DNA of 55,907 bases, taken from positions 1 through 55,907 of the forward strand of contig CAYYWI010000006.1 in NCBI GenBank assembly GCA_964475375.1, written 5' to 3'. Below are positions 47,280-55,907 of the stretch, one piece after another. The stretch is from an uncultured Dehalococcoidia bacterium. GTDB lineage: Bacteria; Chloroflexota; Dehalococcoidia; UBA2247; RBG-13-53-26. Every line of letters begins with the position of its first letter. Positions within the stretch are counted from its first letter, which is position 1. Made by a program: the position numbers and the translations under genes. Below the pieces are notes generated by a model that ran no database searches, was not told the origin of the DNA, and saw only the letters and a list, made by a program, of their open reading frames with translations.

Positions 47280-48650
47280 TTACCCTTCGTCAGGCCAGTC
47301 TTCGCCCGGAAGAGGCAGTTTCAACGGCTGCGGTTCTCCGTTCTTCCAGAACAGCTTTGTTATCGGATGCCCGTTCTTGCTCAGTAATTCCTTAAGCACC
47401 CCGACGTCCAAGGTCTCTTCATTGGTAATAATCTTGTCGTAGACCTCTTCCGGGATCACGTCCGCAATATCCCGCTTAAGGTCCGCCGGCATCCAGACTA
47501 TCCTGTTCCAGCCGCCGTCGCCCTTGAGGAAGTTTTTGCTCGCCATGCCGGCGATAGAGAGTCCCTTGAATCCATGATTCTGGGCGCCGCCGGAGATGGT
47601 CCCCGCCAAAGTAGAGAACTTGACACCGAGCGGAGTCATGCCGGTGTATCGCCGCATGGCCAGGCCGATGCCGTCCACTTCCGGTATGTAGAAGGATGCT
47701 GCTTCGAAGCATCCGCAGTTGGTCGTCGGGTACCTTATGCTGCTGTAGATGTTCACGCGGTTGACCAGATGATTGCATCTCTCCCATATAGCCTGGTCCA
47801 CGCCGGTATAGTGTCCCTTCTGTTTATCCAGACATTCACCCTTGGGGATGGTGAAGACATATCCTTCCGGGTCTATCTCCGCCGTCACCTTGGCCGAGTC
47901 ATAGCCAATGATGCCGCAGTATGGCAGAGCGCTGGGCGTAAGAACACAGGCATGGTTCGGCGCCAGGGACTTGCAGATGGTGCAGCCATAGAAATTCTCG
48001 ACGTCTTCGTCGTCATAGAGCTCCTTGGCGCTGATGATCTTGAATTTCTCTTTGGCCCAGTCCACCAGCGGATTGATCATCTCAACACCGCCGACCTCCG
48101 GAGCGCCAACTGCCCAGAAGAAGGCTATGGAATCCACCTGAGGCATCAGCGTCTTGGCCGTGGCGTAGCAGAACTGGGAAATCTTGGCAAAGGTCAGCCT
48201 CTTGGAGACATCCTTGCTGATACGTATCCAGAGGGAATCCGGCGTACCGAAGAGCATGAAGCCCTCGATACCCTGGAGAGCAGTCCCAATCTGTCTGGAG
48301 ACATAGCCCTGGTGCTTCTGGGTCAAGGTCTTGCCATAGATCCTGATAGTGAAAGCACCCGGCAGCGAAGTGCCCGGCGCTACCTCAGATATGTCAGGGC
48401 CGATGAGTTTGACTTCCCCGTCTTTCACCTTCTCCGGGTCTTCCTCGATGTAGAAGATGGAGAACATCTTGTAGTCCCACTTCGGGCCACCCAGCTCGAT
48501 GTGCATGTCGGCCTTCTTGACTTCGCTCAGCCACCTCAACCCAAGTCCAATGTCGTCCAGGCCATCCCATAAATGTTCAAGATCGGTGGGTAACTGAAAA
48601 ATTCTCCCCGGCGGGAGCTTGGATACTGCTTCTTCCTCTGGAATAGCCAT
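47280..48650 (-). CDS. cdhC: acetyl-CoA synthase / ACDS beta subunit (CdhC), copy 1
   Basis: A-cluster ligand motifs GCTICKSLAPNHACVLTPSALPYCG and NCGCFE. The 456-aa size fits the archaeal-type short form. Confidence 0.85.
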   Translation of the reverse strand: MAIPEEEAVSKLPPGRIFQLPTDLEHLWDGLDDIGLGLRWLSEVKKADMHIELGGPKWDYKMFSIFYIEEDPEKVKDGEVKLIGPDISEVAPGTSLPGAFTIRIYGKTLTQKHQGYVSRQIGTALQGIEGFMLFGTPDSLWIRISKDVSKRLTFAKISQFCYATAKTLMPQVDSIAFFWAVGAPEVGGVEMINPLVDWAKEKFKIISAKELYDDEDVENFYGCTICKSLAPNHACVLTPSALPYCGIIGYDSAKVTAEIDPEGYVFTIPKGECLDKQKGHYTGVDQAIWERCNHLVNRVNIYSSIRYPTTNCGCFEAASFYIPEVDGIGLAMRRYTGMTPLGVKFSTLAGTISGGAQNHGFKGLSIAGMASKNFLKGDGGWNRIVWMPADLKRDIADVIPEEVYDKIITNEETLDVGVLKELLSKNGHPITKLFWKNGEPQPLKLPLPGEDWPDEG

Positions 48651-48751
48651 CTACATAACCCCTTTCGTCGACTTGCGAATCCTAACTAAAATGATACCGG
48701 CAAGAGCACAGTCCAAGCAAAGCTGACTTGCCAGCCAGTCAAATCAGTGCG

Positions 48752-49354
48752 CTATCTGGTCTCCTGCTTGAATTCCCACTTACAGTGGACTTCATCCTTG
48801 CTCTGGCGGCAGCCCGCCCTCAAACACCTCACCTGGATGTCAGGATTCACCGGCCTCACATAGGCCTTCATAGCTTCGTATTCCAGGACCTTGCACACCC
48901 AGTCCAGATGCTCCAGGTCACCCTGCATCTCCATGGCATTGAACGCAGGACAGTAGTGGACGGTAAGGATTGCATGGTTCCTGTTCTTCAGATCGAAATC
49001 GTATTTGTAGTAACCCTGGGCAAACGAGCCCATCAGTTGCGTTGCCTTGATATAGGACTCCACATCATTGCCCTTGATATTAGCCGCCTCCATGGCCCAC
49101 ACTGTCTCATACTTGCCGATCCTGGTCCAGGTGGACAGAAGGCATTCCCTCTCCACATCGCGTCCCAGGCGCTTGCGGACTTCCGCCGCCCAGTACGTGG
49201 GAAGTACGTTCACCTCTCTGGAATAGGCAAGCAGCAGCTTGACCAGCACTTCTTTGGAGAAGTCCTCATACTTCAAGTTGGGGATGTACGGTCCGCTATA
49301 GTCCTTCAGTTCCATTCGGCTCCTCTGCAAAGCGGGGTTGTCAGGGATGTCCAA
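48752..49354 (-). CDS. hypothetical protein (200 aa) upstream of cdhC
   Basis: Clean ORF on the same strand, 100 nt upstream of cdhC. Not similar to CdhB epsilon as I remember it. No family assigned. Confidence 0.55.
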   Translation of the reverse strand: MDIPDNPALQRSRMELKDYSGPYIPNLKYEDFSKEVLVKLLLAYSREVNVLPTYWAAEVRKRLGRDVERECLLSTWTRIGKYETVWAMEAANIKGNDVESYIKATQLMGSFAQGYYKYDFDLKNRNHAILTVHYCPAFNAMEMQGDLEHLDWVCKVLEYEAMKAYVRPVNPDIQVRCLRAGCRQSKDEVHCKWEFKQETR

Positions 49355-49526
49355 GATGTATCGGCAATTTGGAGAGTTGCCGCGCTACTGCGGAGAAAGA
49401 ATTGAAAGAGAAAACAAGGCACTTCGGTAGAACCTGCGAGTTCAATATTAGGGAGGTCCGAACAGGATGACAATCAGGATAAAGCTGGTTCTTGCACTCG
49501 AAAAACCTTGGGGCATGGCCGTGCGG

Positions 49527-50180
49527 CTAATCCTCGACGGAGGTGAGGCCTTCGCGGATGGCGTATTTTGTCAGACCGGCCACGTGGTCTATCTTCAGTT
49601 TGTGCATGATCTGCTGGCGGTGAAACTCCACCGTCTTCACGCTCACATTGAGGGTTGAGGCGATCGTTTTGACGTTCTTGCCTTCGGCTATAAGCTGCAG
49701 CACCTCGCGCTCTCTCGGGGTCAGGTTGGACAGTGTAGAAAGCCGCGCAGCTTTCGGATTTCGCACATACGTGTCCACCACCATACCGGCCACTCCCGGG
49801 CTCAGATAGACCTGCCCTGAAGTCACCACATTGACCGCCCGGATCAGTTCCTCGAAGGCGCAGTCCTTCAGCAGATAACCTGATGCCCCTGCGTTGAGCG
49901 CCTCAGCCACAAATCTCTTGTCCGAATGCATGGACAGGGCAAGCACCTTGGTTTCAGGGCAATCCGCCGCTATCTGCCGCGTGGCCTCGAAGCCGCTCAT
50001 CTCCGGCATGGTCAGATCCATCACTACAACGTCGGGTCTCATCTCTCTGACCAGTTCCACTGCCCTGCGGCCGTTCTCCGCCTCACCGACCACCGCCATA
50101 CCCGGTTCTTTGTTGATCAGGGACGCCAACCCCGCCCGAACGATGCCGTGGTCATCAGCCAGCATGATCCTGATGGTCAA
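49527..50180 (-). CDS. NarL/LuxR-family response regulator
   Basis: REC domain (IMLADDHGIVR...VVVMDLTMPEMSG) and a C-terminal LuxR HTH (LTPREREVLQLIAEGKNVKTIASTLNVSVKTVEFHR). Confidence 0.9.
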   Translation of the reverse strand: MTIRIMLADDHGIVRAGLASLINKEPGMAVVGEAENGRRAVELVREMRPDVVVMDLTMPEMSGFEATRQIAADCPETKVLALSMHSDKRFVAEALNAGASGYLLKDCAFEELIRAVNVVTSGQVYLSPGVAGMVVDTYVRNPKAARLSTLSNLTPREREVLQLIAEGKNVKTIASTLNVSVKTVEFHRQQIMHKLKIDHVAGLTKYAIREGLTSVED

Positions 50181-51517
50181 TTCGTCTTCTCCGAAGCAGA
50201 CTTGTCACCACTTAGAGGAGCCACGAGAATAACCGCAGTTCCCCAACCCGGCTTTGATTTTATCTCAATATGCCCGCCTATTGCTGTCAGCCGCTCTCTG
50301 ATATTGAAAAGGCCGAATCCGTGTGCCGGCCGCGTGCTATCCTCGCTGTCGAACCCAACCCCATCGTCCTTCACCTGTATGCATATGTTCTCATTCACCC
50401 TCTTCACGGAGAGCAGCACCTCACGGGCCCGGGCGTGTTTAGCCACATTGATCAGCAGTTCGTTCGCTGCCCGGAACAGAAGGCCCCGTATGTCGTCGTC
50501 CAGCGGCTTGGCCCGGCCGTCATCCTGCAACTGAGTTGAGATGCCATGCTTGGCCTGGAACTCCTCAGCCAGCCATTCCAGCGCCGGCTCCAGACCCAGT
50601 TCATAGAGCATGGGCGGGCTGAGATCGAAGGTCAGCGATCGGGTCTGCGAAATCGCCTTCTCCAGAAGATCACGTATCTCATCCAGATAGCTTTTGGTCT
50701 CGGAGTTGCCGATCGACTGCCGCAACGGGCCAAGCTTGAGCTTGATCACCGCGAGGGCCTGCCCCACTTGGTCATGGAGATCGGCAGCCAGACGCCTTCG
50801 TTCGCGTTCCTCGGCCACCGAGAGCTGTGATGCCAGCGAACGCAACTGTTCCTGATAGGTGCGAAGCTGCTGCTGCGCCCGCTTCAGGCCTGTAACCTCC
50901 TGCATCTCCACGAGGTATCCGGTCAAAGAAGACCCGACTCGCGCTCCCAGAGGGCAGATCAGGACATCAAAGGACGCGATTCCGCGTCTGGTTCCTTTGT
51001 ACAGGCCGTGTGTCCGGAGATCATCGAAGTCCATGGACACTTCATATCTCACCGTCTCGTTCTTCAACAAGGCATTCTTGACGTCGTCCGGCACAATGGG
51101 GTCGTCGAACAGTGCGGGCCAGTTTCGATCGACGGTCTCACGCATCCCGAACATGTCCAGGCAGGCTTTGTTCACGTCAACAATGCGGCCGCCGGCGTCA
51201 AGGAGCTCGATGGAGATGGGAGATTCCCTGTAGACGCTCCGGAAAAGGTCTTCGCTCTCCTGCAGTTGTCCTATCTCACGCCTGTACTGCGCCTCACGTG
51301 CCTGCAGCTCAGCGACGGTCTTTCGCAGGCGTTCCAACTCGGAAGCCGAGTGTTCGGCCGATGACTCATCAAACGGAGCTACCGACATGACTCCCGAAAT
51401 GCTGCGTAGATAGCAGGTCCTTTGAACTTCAACATCCAGATTGATTTTACCATCCTCGGGGCTGGAAGGACGAAAAATGTCGTACACAGGGCTTGCAGAG
51501 GGCGAAGCCCACGCCAT
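50177..51517 (-). CDS. cytoplasmic PAS-domain sensor histidine kinase (HisKA_3 type)
   Basis: Coiled-coil plus PAS, then the H-box LAADLHDQVGQ and HATPase motifs (NVAKHA, DDGVGF, GFGLFNIRER). No TM segment. 4-nt overlap with the regulator. The true start may be internal. Confidence 0.85.
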   Translation of the reverse strand: MAWASPSASPVYDIFRPSSPEDGKINLDVEVQRTCYLRSISGVMSVAPFDESSAEHSASELERLRKTVAELQAREAQYRREIGQLQESEDLFRSVYRESPISIELLDAGGRIVDVNKACLDMFGMRETVDRNWPALFDDPIVPDDVKNALLKNETVRYEVSMDFDDLRTHGLYKGTRRGIASFDVLICPLGARVGSSLTGYLVEMQEVTGLKRAQQQLRTYQEQLRSLASQLSVAEERERRRLAADLHDQVGQALAVIKLKLGPLRQSIGNSETKSYLDEIRDLLEKAISQTRSLTFDLSPPMLYELGLEPALEWLAEEFQAKHGISTQLQDDGRAKPLDDDIRGLLFRAANELLINVAKHARAREVLLSVKRVNENICIQVKDDGVGFDSEDSTRPAHGFGLFNIRERLTAIGGHIEIKSKPGWGTAVILVAPLSGDKSASEKTN

Positions 51518-51660
51518 GAGCCATCAGCTATGAGCCATGAGCCATAAGGCTTTGAAACGAGGTTGAAGGCAAGTATTGAGACCACGGCCAAGCGTCAATC
51601 ACTCGTCCCTGGTCTTCAGAGTGCGCACGAGCTTCCTGGCCAGGCGCTCAAGCCGCAGCT

Positions 51661-52152
51661 CTACGTCCTGTCCTTTGAGACCTGCTTCGGCGTTTTCGCC
51701 AGCGCGGTCACCTGGCCGACCCAGTGCATGCTGCAGATACCAGCGTATGCCTTGAGGTTGGCGATTGCCTGCCCGATACCCGCCTCCGCGACCGCTACAC
51801 CTGCCACCGGCTTCGATTCGAGATGCGGCCAGATGGGACACGTTCGGTCCATGAAGTTCTTCAGCAAGCCGGAGAGCATATCGAAATAGACAGGTGTGCC
51901 GAGCACGAAGCCGTCCGCCTTCATCAGCACAGGATAAAGCTGCTGCATGTCATCCTGAATGTGGCAAGAGCCCTTTCGCTCAGTTCCGCCCACCTCACAG
52001 CTCAGGCAGCCGTCGCAACCCTTGATATCCTTCTCGCGGAGCAGGATCAGCTCAGTCTCCGCTCCCACCTTGGCCGCCTCATCCAAAAGCTTTCTCAGCA
52101 TCCATTCCGTGTTGCCTTTCCGGGGAGAGCCGCAGATGCCAACGATCTTCAT
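51661..52152 (-). CDS. isf: iron-sulfur flavoprotein (Isf) / NADPH-dependent FMN reductase family
   Basis: MKIVGICGSPRKGNT flavodoxin-like P-loop and a compact Cys cluster CDGCLSC...C. Confidence 0.75.
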   Translation of the reverse strand: MKIVGICGSPRKGNTEWMLRKLLDEAAKVGAETELILLREKDIKGCDGCLSCEVGGTERKGSCHIQDDMQQLYPVLMKADGFVLGTPVYFDMLSGLLKNFMDRTCPIWPHLESKPVAGVAVAEAGIGQAIANLKAYAGICSMHWVGQVTALAKTPKQVSKDRT

Positions 52153-52329
52153 TTGTGGTCACCTCCGTTGGCCAGCGTTGGCGGATTGAAGAGCATGGTG
52201 CCAACGAGACACCCCTATCATAACGTGAATCGCGCTGTGGGAAAAGTAGTCAGTGCAAGGCAAAAAGAATCCGGCGCTTCCTCAAGCGAAAGCGCCGGAC
52301 CTGCGTTTCAGTCTGTGCAGCCTGTCAGG

Positions 52330-54828
52330 CTACTTGGCCTCGCGGGCCTTGTCTCTGATGCGCAACGGGGTCGCGCTTATGAGACGGGTGCTGTAAATAC
52401 CCTGCTCCATGCCGTAGCTGCCCGCAAATTCCGACATGTTCATCACTCTACCATCGCGGTGTTTGGCCTTGATGAGCTTCATGCCGTCCGCTTGCCAGCC
52501 GAACTCCTTGGCCAGCAGGTTGACGACGCGTCTTCTGTAGCGGGGTGGAAGCTCGAAGTCGGACCTTACGAAGAGCTGCCAGTCCTCCGGAAGCTGATCG
52601 TAGAAGCGGTTGTAGAAGTCAATGAGGACTTCCAGGTGGGTCAGACGGCTCTCTCTGTAGTCCTTCACGTTGACCACCGACCGGGCCAGCATGGTGAGCG
52701 CCTCTTCCTTCGTCTCCACCGGCACGATGAGGTGCTCCTTCACCGGCTCCACCTCACGCTTCTCGCCTGTTTCGCCGTGGTAGACCCACCACTTGCTCCG
52801 GTCATACCGGTCTCCGGTCAAGTAGCGGTTCCAACCCAGGGACGATGCCGGTCCGACGATGACCGTCGAACCCATGCGCGCCCACGCGGCCGCCACGGCA
52901 TACATCCTGTCGGGCATGCCACCCCAGATGATGATCGACTGGGCGCCGCCCAGGAATATGGAGTCGCCCAGAGGCGGGATGTTCCCGAAGAGGGAGATGC
53001 CGCCCGAAGGCCGCAGCATCAGGTACATCGGCACTGAATGGCAGATGGCGGAACAACTGCCGCAGTTCACCAGGTTGCGAGCAGCGGCTGTAGCATTGTA
53101 TTGCTGCATGAGGAACTTCTTCTTCGTCGGGCTGAAGGACCGGGCCATTTCAGCCCCGCCGCATCCGGCCACGAAGCACATGTAGCCACTGTTGAGCAAC
53201 TCGTCGGCTATCCAGGCCACCTCATCCTTTTGGGCATCGCCGCAGGCGTATATGGTGACCATGGCCGGGATGCTGCCCCATCCCACCGCGAACGCTGACT
53301 GCAGGAGTTCGGTGATCGAGAACGGGCCTCGTCCGGGCCTCATGAGGAACTTGTCCTGCGCCGCCTGCTTTCTCTCGGCGGCCACGATGATGTCGCGCAA
53401 CTGCACCTTGCTCGGACAAGCTTCGTCGCACTTGCCGCAGAAGTTGCAGCCCTTCTCCACCTCGGCGAAGCCCTTCCAATCGCCGCCGGCCAGTTGCCGC
53501 ACGGCCTTGGATACCGGCAGGTTCACCGGGCAGACGCTGGAGCAGAGATCACAGTCCTGCTTGTGCTCTTTGCACTGCTTGGCGGCATCGGCATCAGAGA
53601 TGATGTGGCTGCCGGTCCTCTTCAGGGCCTGCGCCACCTTGACCGCCACCTCTCCGGCCTTCTCCACATCCCTGACCCAGACCGCCTTCGCGTCACCGAG
53701 CAGGGATTTCACTATCTTGTCGGTTGGCACATCGGTGCTGTCGGCCAGACCGTCAACTCCGTTAGCACCCACCCAGATCGCCTTGGTGCCCACCCTGGCC
53801 GCCTCGGACATGAGGTCGAGCGGAGTGCAGCCGGGGCTGACCACCAGTACATCGAACACACCATTGCGCACAGCCTTGGTCGATCTGACCATGGGAGCTA
53901 TGAGCCGGCCGCGATCGTAGAACCGGACGATATCGTCGCCGGCCGCACCCATGCCACACACTTCGATCTTCTCAGTCAGCTCGTTCTTTTTCAGGTAGTT
54001 GATGGCACACCACGCCGGCAGGAAGTCATCACCGACAAAGGCTATGACCGGTTTCCCGGCTTCAACCGACGCCCATCCTGCATTCAGGGTAGCTGGAGGG
54101 AACTGCTCGATCGTCTCCAGTTCCTGGTTGGCGGCGCTGATGAAGCCGTAGCAGGATATCTTCAACATCTCAGCCACGCCCATGGCCAGAAGCAGAACGG
54201 AGCCTGCATGCAGAACCATGCTCTCGAAATCCGCCGCCGACCCTGTGCCCGAGAAGCTCGCCTGGAACAGCTTGGCCAACTGCCCCTCACCGTATGACTG
54301 GGCCCTGTTGACGTCCTTCAAGGTCTTGATCTGTATGCCGGACAGGACGGTGACGGCCGGAGCGTGGTCCTGAATATTCAGGATTTCGCCCATGCTCACC
54401 TCGGTGTCCTCAGGATGGAGCTTGAGAGCGTAATTCAGAAGCTGCCGGCTGGCCACCAACTGAGTCATGCAGCCACGGCAGGCTTTCCGCAAGCTCAAAC
54501 GACCCTGGTAGGACTCCATCGCCAACCCGCACTTCCCGGTGTTCTTCTTCAGGTCACACGGCCCGAGCTCACAGTCGGAGCAGGTGCCTTTGGGCTGAGT
54601 ATAGAGAGGCTCGCACCTGGCCAGAAGGGCTCGGTCCAACTCGGCAACATCCGCAGCATCAGGTAAGAGATGTATCCATCCGCCGAAGTTGCTGTGACGT
54701 CCTTCGACGAAGTCATTTTCCACGATCTCCATGATTTCGTCCTCGTGGCCCCGCACGTCACGAACAACACTGTTGATGGGGACTTTCAAAGATCCAACGT
54801 TAGCGATCTTGGCTTCCTTATCCTTCAC
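52330..54828 (-). CDS. cdhA: archaeal-type CO dehydrogenase/acetyl-CoA synthase alpha subunit (CdhA), copy 2
   Basis: 832 aa, collinear with copy 1. CSDCELGPC, CKEHKQDCDLCSSVCP and CNFCGKCDEACP motifs. GTG start with GAGGAG RBS. Confidence 0.85.
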   Translation of the reverse strand: MKDKEAKIANVGSLKVPINSVVRDVRGHEDEIMEIVENDFVEGRHSNFGGWIHLLPDAADVAELDRALLARCEPLYTQPKGTCSDCELGPCDLKKNTGKCGLAMESYQGRLSLRKACRGCMTQLVASRQLLNYALKLHPEDTEVSMGEILNIQDHAPAVTVLSGIQIKTLKDVNRAQSYGEGQLAKLFQASFSGTGSAADFESMVLHAGSVLLLAMGVAEMLKISCYGFISAANQELETIEQFPPATLNAGWASVEAGKPVIAFVGDDFLPAWCAINYLKKNELTEKIEVCGMGAAGDDIVRFYDRGRLIAPMVRSTKAVRNGVFDVLVVSPGCTPLDLMSEAARVGTKAIWVGANGVDGLADSTDVPTDKIVKSLLGDAKAVWVRDVEKAGEVAVKVAQALKRTGSHIISDADAAKQCKEHKQDCDLCSSVCPVNLPVSKAVRQLAGGDWKGFAEVEKGCNFCGKCDEACPSKVQLRDIIVAAERKQAAQDKFLMRPGRGPFSITELLQSAFAVGWGSIPAMVTIYACGDAQKDEVAWIADELLNSGYMCFVAGCGGAEMARSFSPTKKKFLMQQYNATAAARNLVNCGSCSAICHSVPMYLMLRPSGGISLFGNIPPLGDSIFLGGAQSIIIWGGMPDRMYAVAAAWARMGSTVIVGPASSLGWNRYLTGDRYDRSKWWVYHGETGEKREVEPVKEHLIVPVETKEEALTMLARSVVNVKDYRESRLTHLEVLIDFYNRFYDQLPEDWQLFVRSDFELPPRYRRRVVNLLAKEFGWQADGMKLIKAKHRDGRVMNMSEFAGSYGMEQGIYSTRLISATPLRIRDKAREAK

Positions 54829-54976
54829 AGCTTTCTCCTCCAGAATTTTCGGTTACTCGGGCCAACCAGCTTGCTTCAGACGAGACAAAGGTTCCAGCGT
54901 CTCACGACGCCGGAACCTTCCGCAATCTCAACCGGAACCCGCACGGTCCGCAGCCTGCTGCCAGCCCATAGTGCAG

Positions 54977-55192
54977 CTAGTCAACGAAATCCACTTCCTT
55001 CATGCACTTTTCGCAAACCTTCTGCTTCTTCATACCCGACTTCAAAGGGCTGGTCAGTACGCCCAGCACTCTCTGTCCCGGGTTCTCTATGGCTACCTCT
55101 TTCAAACACTCAGCGCAGAGAGGAACGCCGCAAACGCTGCACTTCTCTTCCGCCGGCTTCTTCTTGCATACACCACATAACTTCTCTGTCAT
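54977..55192 (-). CDS. 8-Cys zinc-ribbon/B-box-like small protein (71 aa), copy 2
   Basis: GGAGGTGG RBS. CGVC, CSVC, CAEC and CEKC pairs at the same spacing as copy 1. Confidence 0.6.
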   Translation of the reverse strand: MTEKLCGVCKKKPAEEKCSVCGVPLCAECLKEVAIENPGQRVLGVLTSPLKSGMKKQKVCEKCMKEVDFVD

Positions 55193-55211
55193 GATCCACC
55201 TCCGGTGTTGT

Positions 55212-55907
55212 TTACTCCGGCCACTCCCCGCCCGGTGCTGGGACCTTAAGCGGCTGAGGCTCTCTGTTCTTCCAGTACTTCTCGACGATAGGATGATTCT
55301 TCTTCTTGAGGAATTCCTTCAAGTCCTTGGGGTCAATGGCATCCTGCTCCGTGGCTATCTTGTCATAGATTTCTTCCGGGATGTACTCGGCAACCTCTTT
55401 CTTGAGGTCTGCCGGCATCCACACTATTCTGTTCCAGCCGCCATCGCCCTTGAGGAACGTCTTGCTCTGCATGGAGCGCATGGAGACGCCCTTGTTGCCA
55501 TGGTTCTGAGAACCACCGGAGATCGTGCCGGCGAGCCGGGAAAACTTGATCCCCAGCGGCGTGAGTCCGGCATACCGTCTCACCGAGACCCCGATTCCAT
55601 CAACCTCGGGGATATAGAACGCCGCTCCTTCGAAGCAGCCGCAGTTGGTTGTGGGATACTTTATGCAACTGAAGATGTTGCAGTGCTTGATCTGGTGGTT
55701 CGACCTTTCATAGACGGCCTCATCCACGCCGACGTAGCTTCCCATCACCTCGTTCTTGCACTCACCCTTGGGCATGCGGAATATGTATCCCTCCGGATCG
55801 AGCTCAATGGTAACTTGGGCACCATTGTAGGAAAGGATACCGCAGTAAGGAATCTGGCTCGGCGTAATCACGCAGACATGGTTCGGCGCCAGCGACTTGC
55901 AGATGGT
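55212..55907 (-). CDS. cdhC: acetyl-CoA synthase / ACDS beta subunit (CdhC), copy 2 (3' part; runs off the right edge)
   Basis: The frame is open to the window edge (...TICKSLAPNHVCVITPSQIPYCG, NCGCFE) and collinear with copy 1. Confidence 0.85.
   Translation of the reverse strand, partial: TICKSLAPNHVCVITPSQIPYCGILSYNGAQVTIELDPEGYIFRMPKGECKNEVMGSYVGVDEAVYERSNHQIKHCNIFSCIKYPTTNCGCFEGAAFYIPEVDGIGVSVRRYAGLTPLGIKFSRLAGTISGGSQNHGNKGVSMRSMQSKTFLKGDGGWNRIVWMPADLKKEVAEYIPEEIYDKIATEQDAIDPKDLKEFLKKKNHPIVEKYWKNREPQPLKVPAPGGEWPE

Noticed and set aside
48752-49354. Idea that the 200-aa ORF upstream of cdhC is the missing CdhB epsilon subunit
   Set aside because: Its sequence does not resemble CdhB as I recall it, and it is longer. 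I kept it as hypothetical. A profile search would settle this.
51505-51545. Short tandem motif (at)gagccat repeated three times upstream of the histidine kinase ORF
   Set aside because: It is only ~35 bp, imperfect and has no flanking structure. It is most likely chance or minor slippage near an uncertain start codon.
51724-53037. 437-aa plus-strand ORF, and similar ORFs at 45308-46237, 47574-48572, 53192-53920 and 53494-54297
   Set aside because: All are antisense shadows of cdhA, cdhC or isf. The sense frames carry the Fe-S and cluster motifs.
1-55907. Prophage, integron, transposon or defence-island signatures
   Set aside because: I recognised no integrase, transposase, recombinase, phage structural, restriction-modification, toxin-antitoxin or cas motifs in any frame. 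The only mobile-looking features are the short repeats reported above.

Overview
55.9-kb bacterial chromosomal window. It has bacterial-type rpoB/rpoC, clpC, miaB, dtd, rplY and tRNA-Ser, and it is rich in Fe-S and radical-SAM proteins, which suggests an anaerobe. A Chloroflexota-like lineage is only a guess. I support about 50 CDS, 1 tRNA and several repeats and hairpins. I saw no rRNA, CRISPR array, transposase or integrase.

Left third (1-17 kb): mixed metabolic genes. These include an alpha/beta hydrolase, a CrtI-like FAD oxidoreductase with an Fe-S partner, a Memo-like protein, a nitroreductase, a CoA transferase, an ADP-forming acyl-CoA synthetase-like protein, a B12-radical SAM enzyme, a macro domain plus HDAC-like pair, tRNA-Ser and miaB.

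Middle (18-36 kb): a tandem array of three intact FtsZ paralogues. Each is followed by one or two ~65-aa two-TM hairpin proteins, and there is no dcw context. Next come an ArsA-like ATPase, rpoBC behind a consensus promoter, dtd, and a clpC whose 3' end is frame-disrupted.

Right third (36-56 kb): a DUF559 gene embedded in a family of palindromic intergenic repeats. It is followed by a translationally coupled ChlI-like AAA+ / CooC / ChlD-like AAA+-vWA operon bracketed by those repeats. Then come FwdB/FwdD-like genes with an AcsC-N-terminal-type Fe-S protein. Last are two diverged paralogous archaeal-type CODH/ACS modules (cdhC, 8-Cys zinc-ribbon ORF, cdhA), separated by a PAS histidine kinase/NarL regulator pair and an iron-sulfur flavoprotein.

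Best candidates for an undescribed system: (1) the FtsZ plus small-membrane-protein cassette array, and (2) the AAA+/CooC/vWA module next to the Cdh modules, which lack an epsilon subunit and carry the zinc-ribbon ORF instead.

All family calls come from motif reading by eye. No searches were run.
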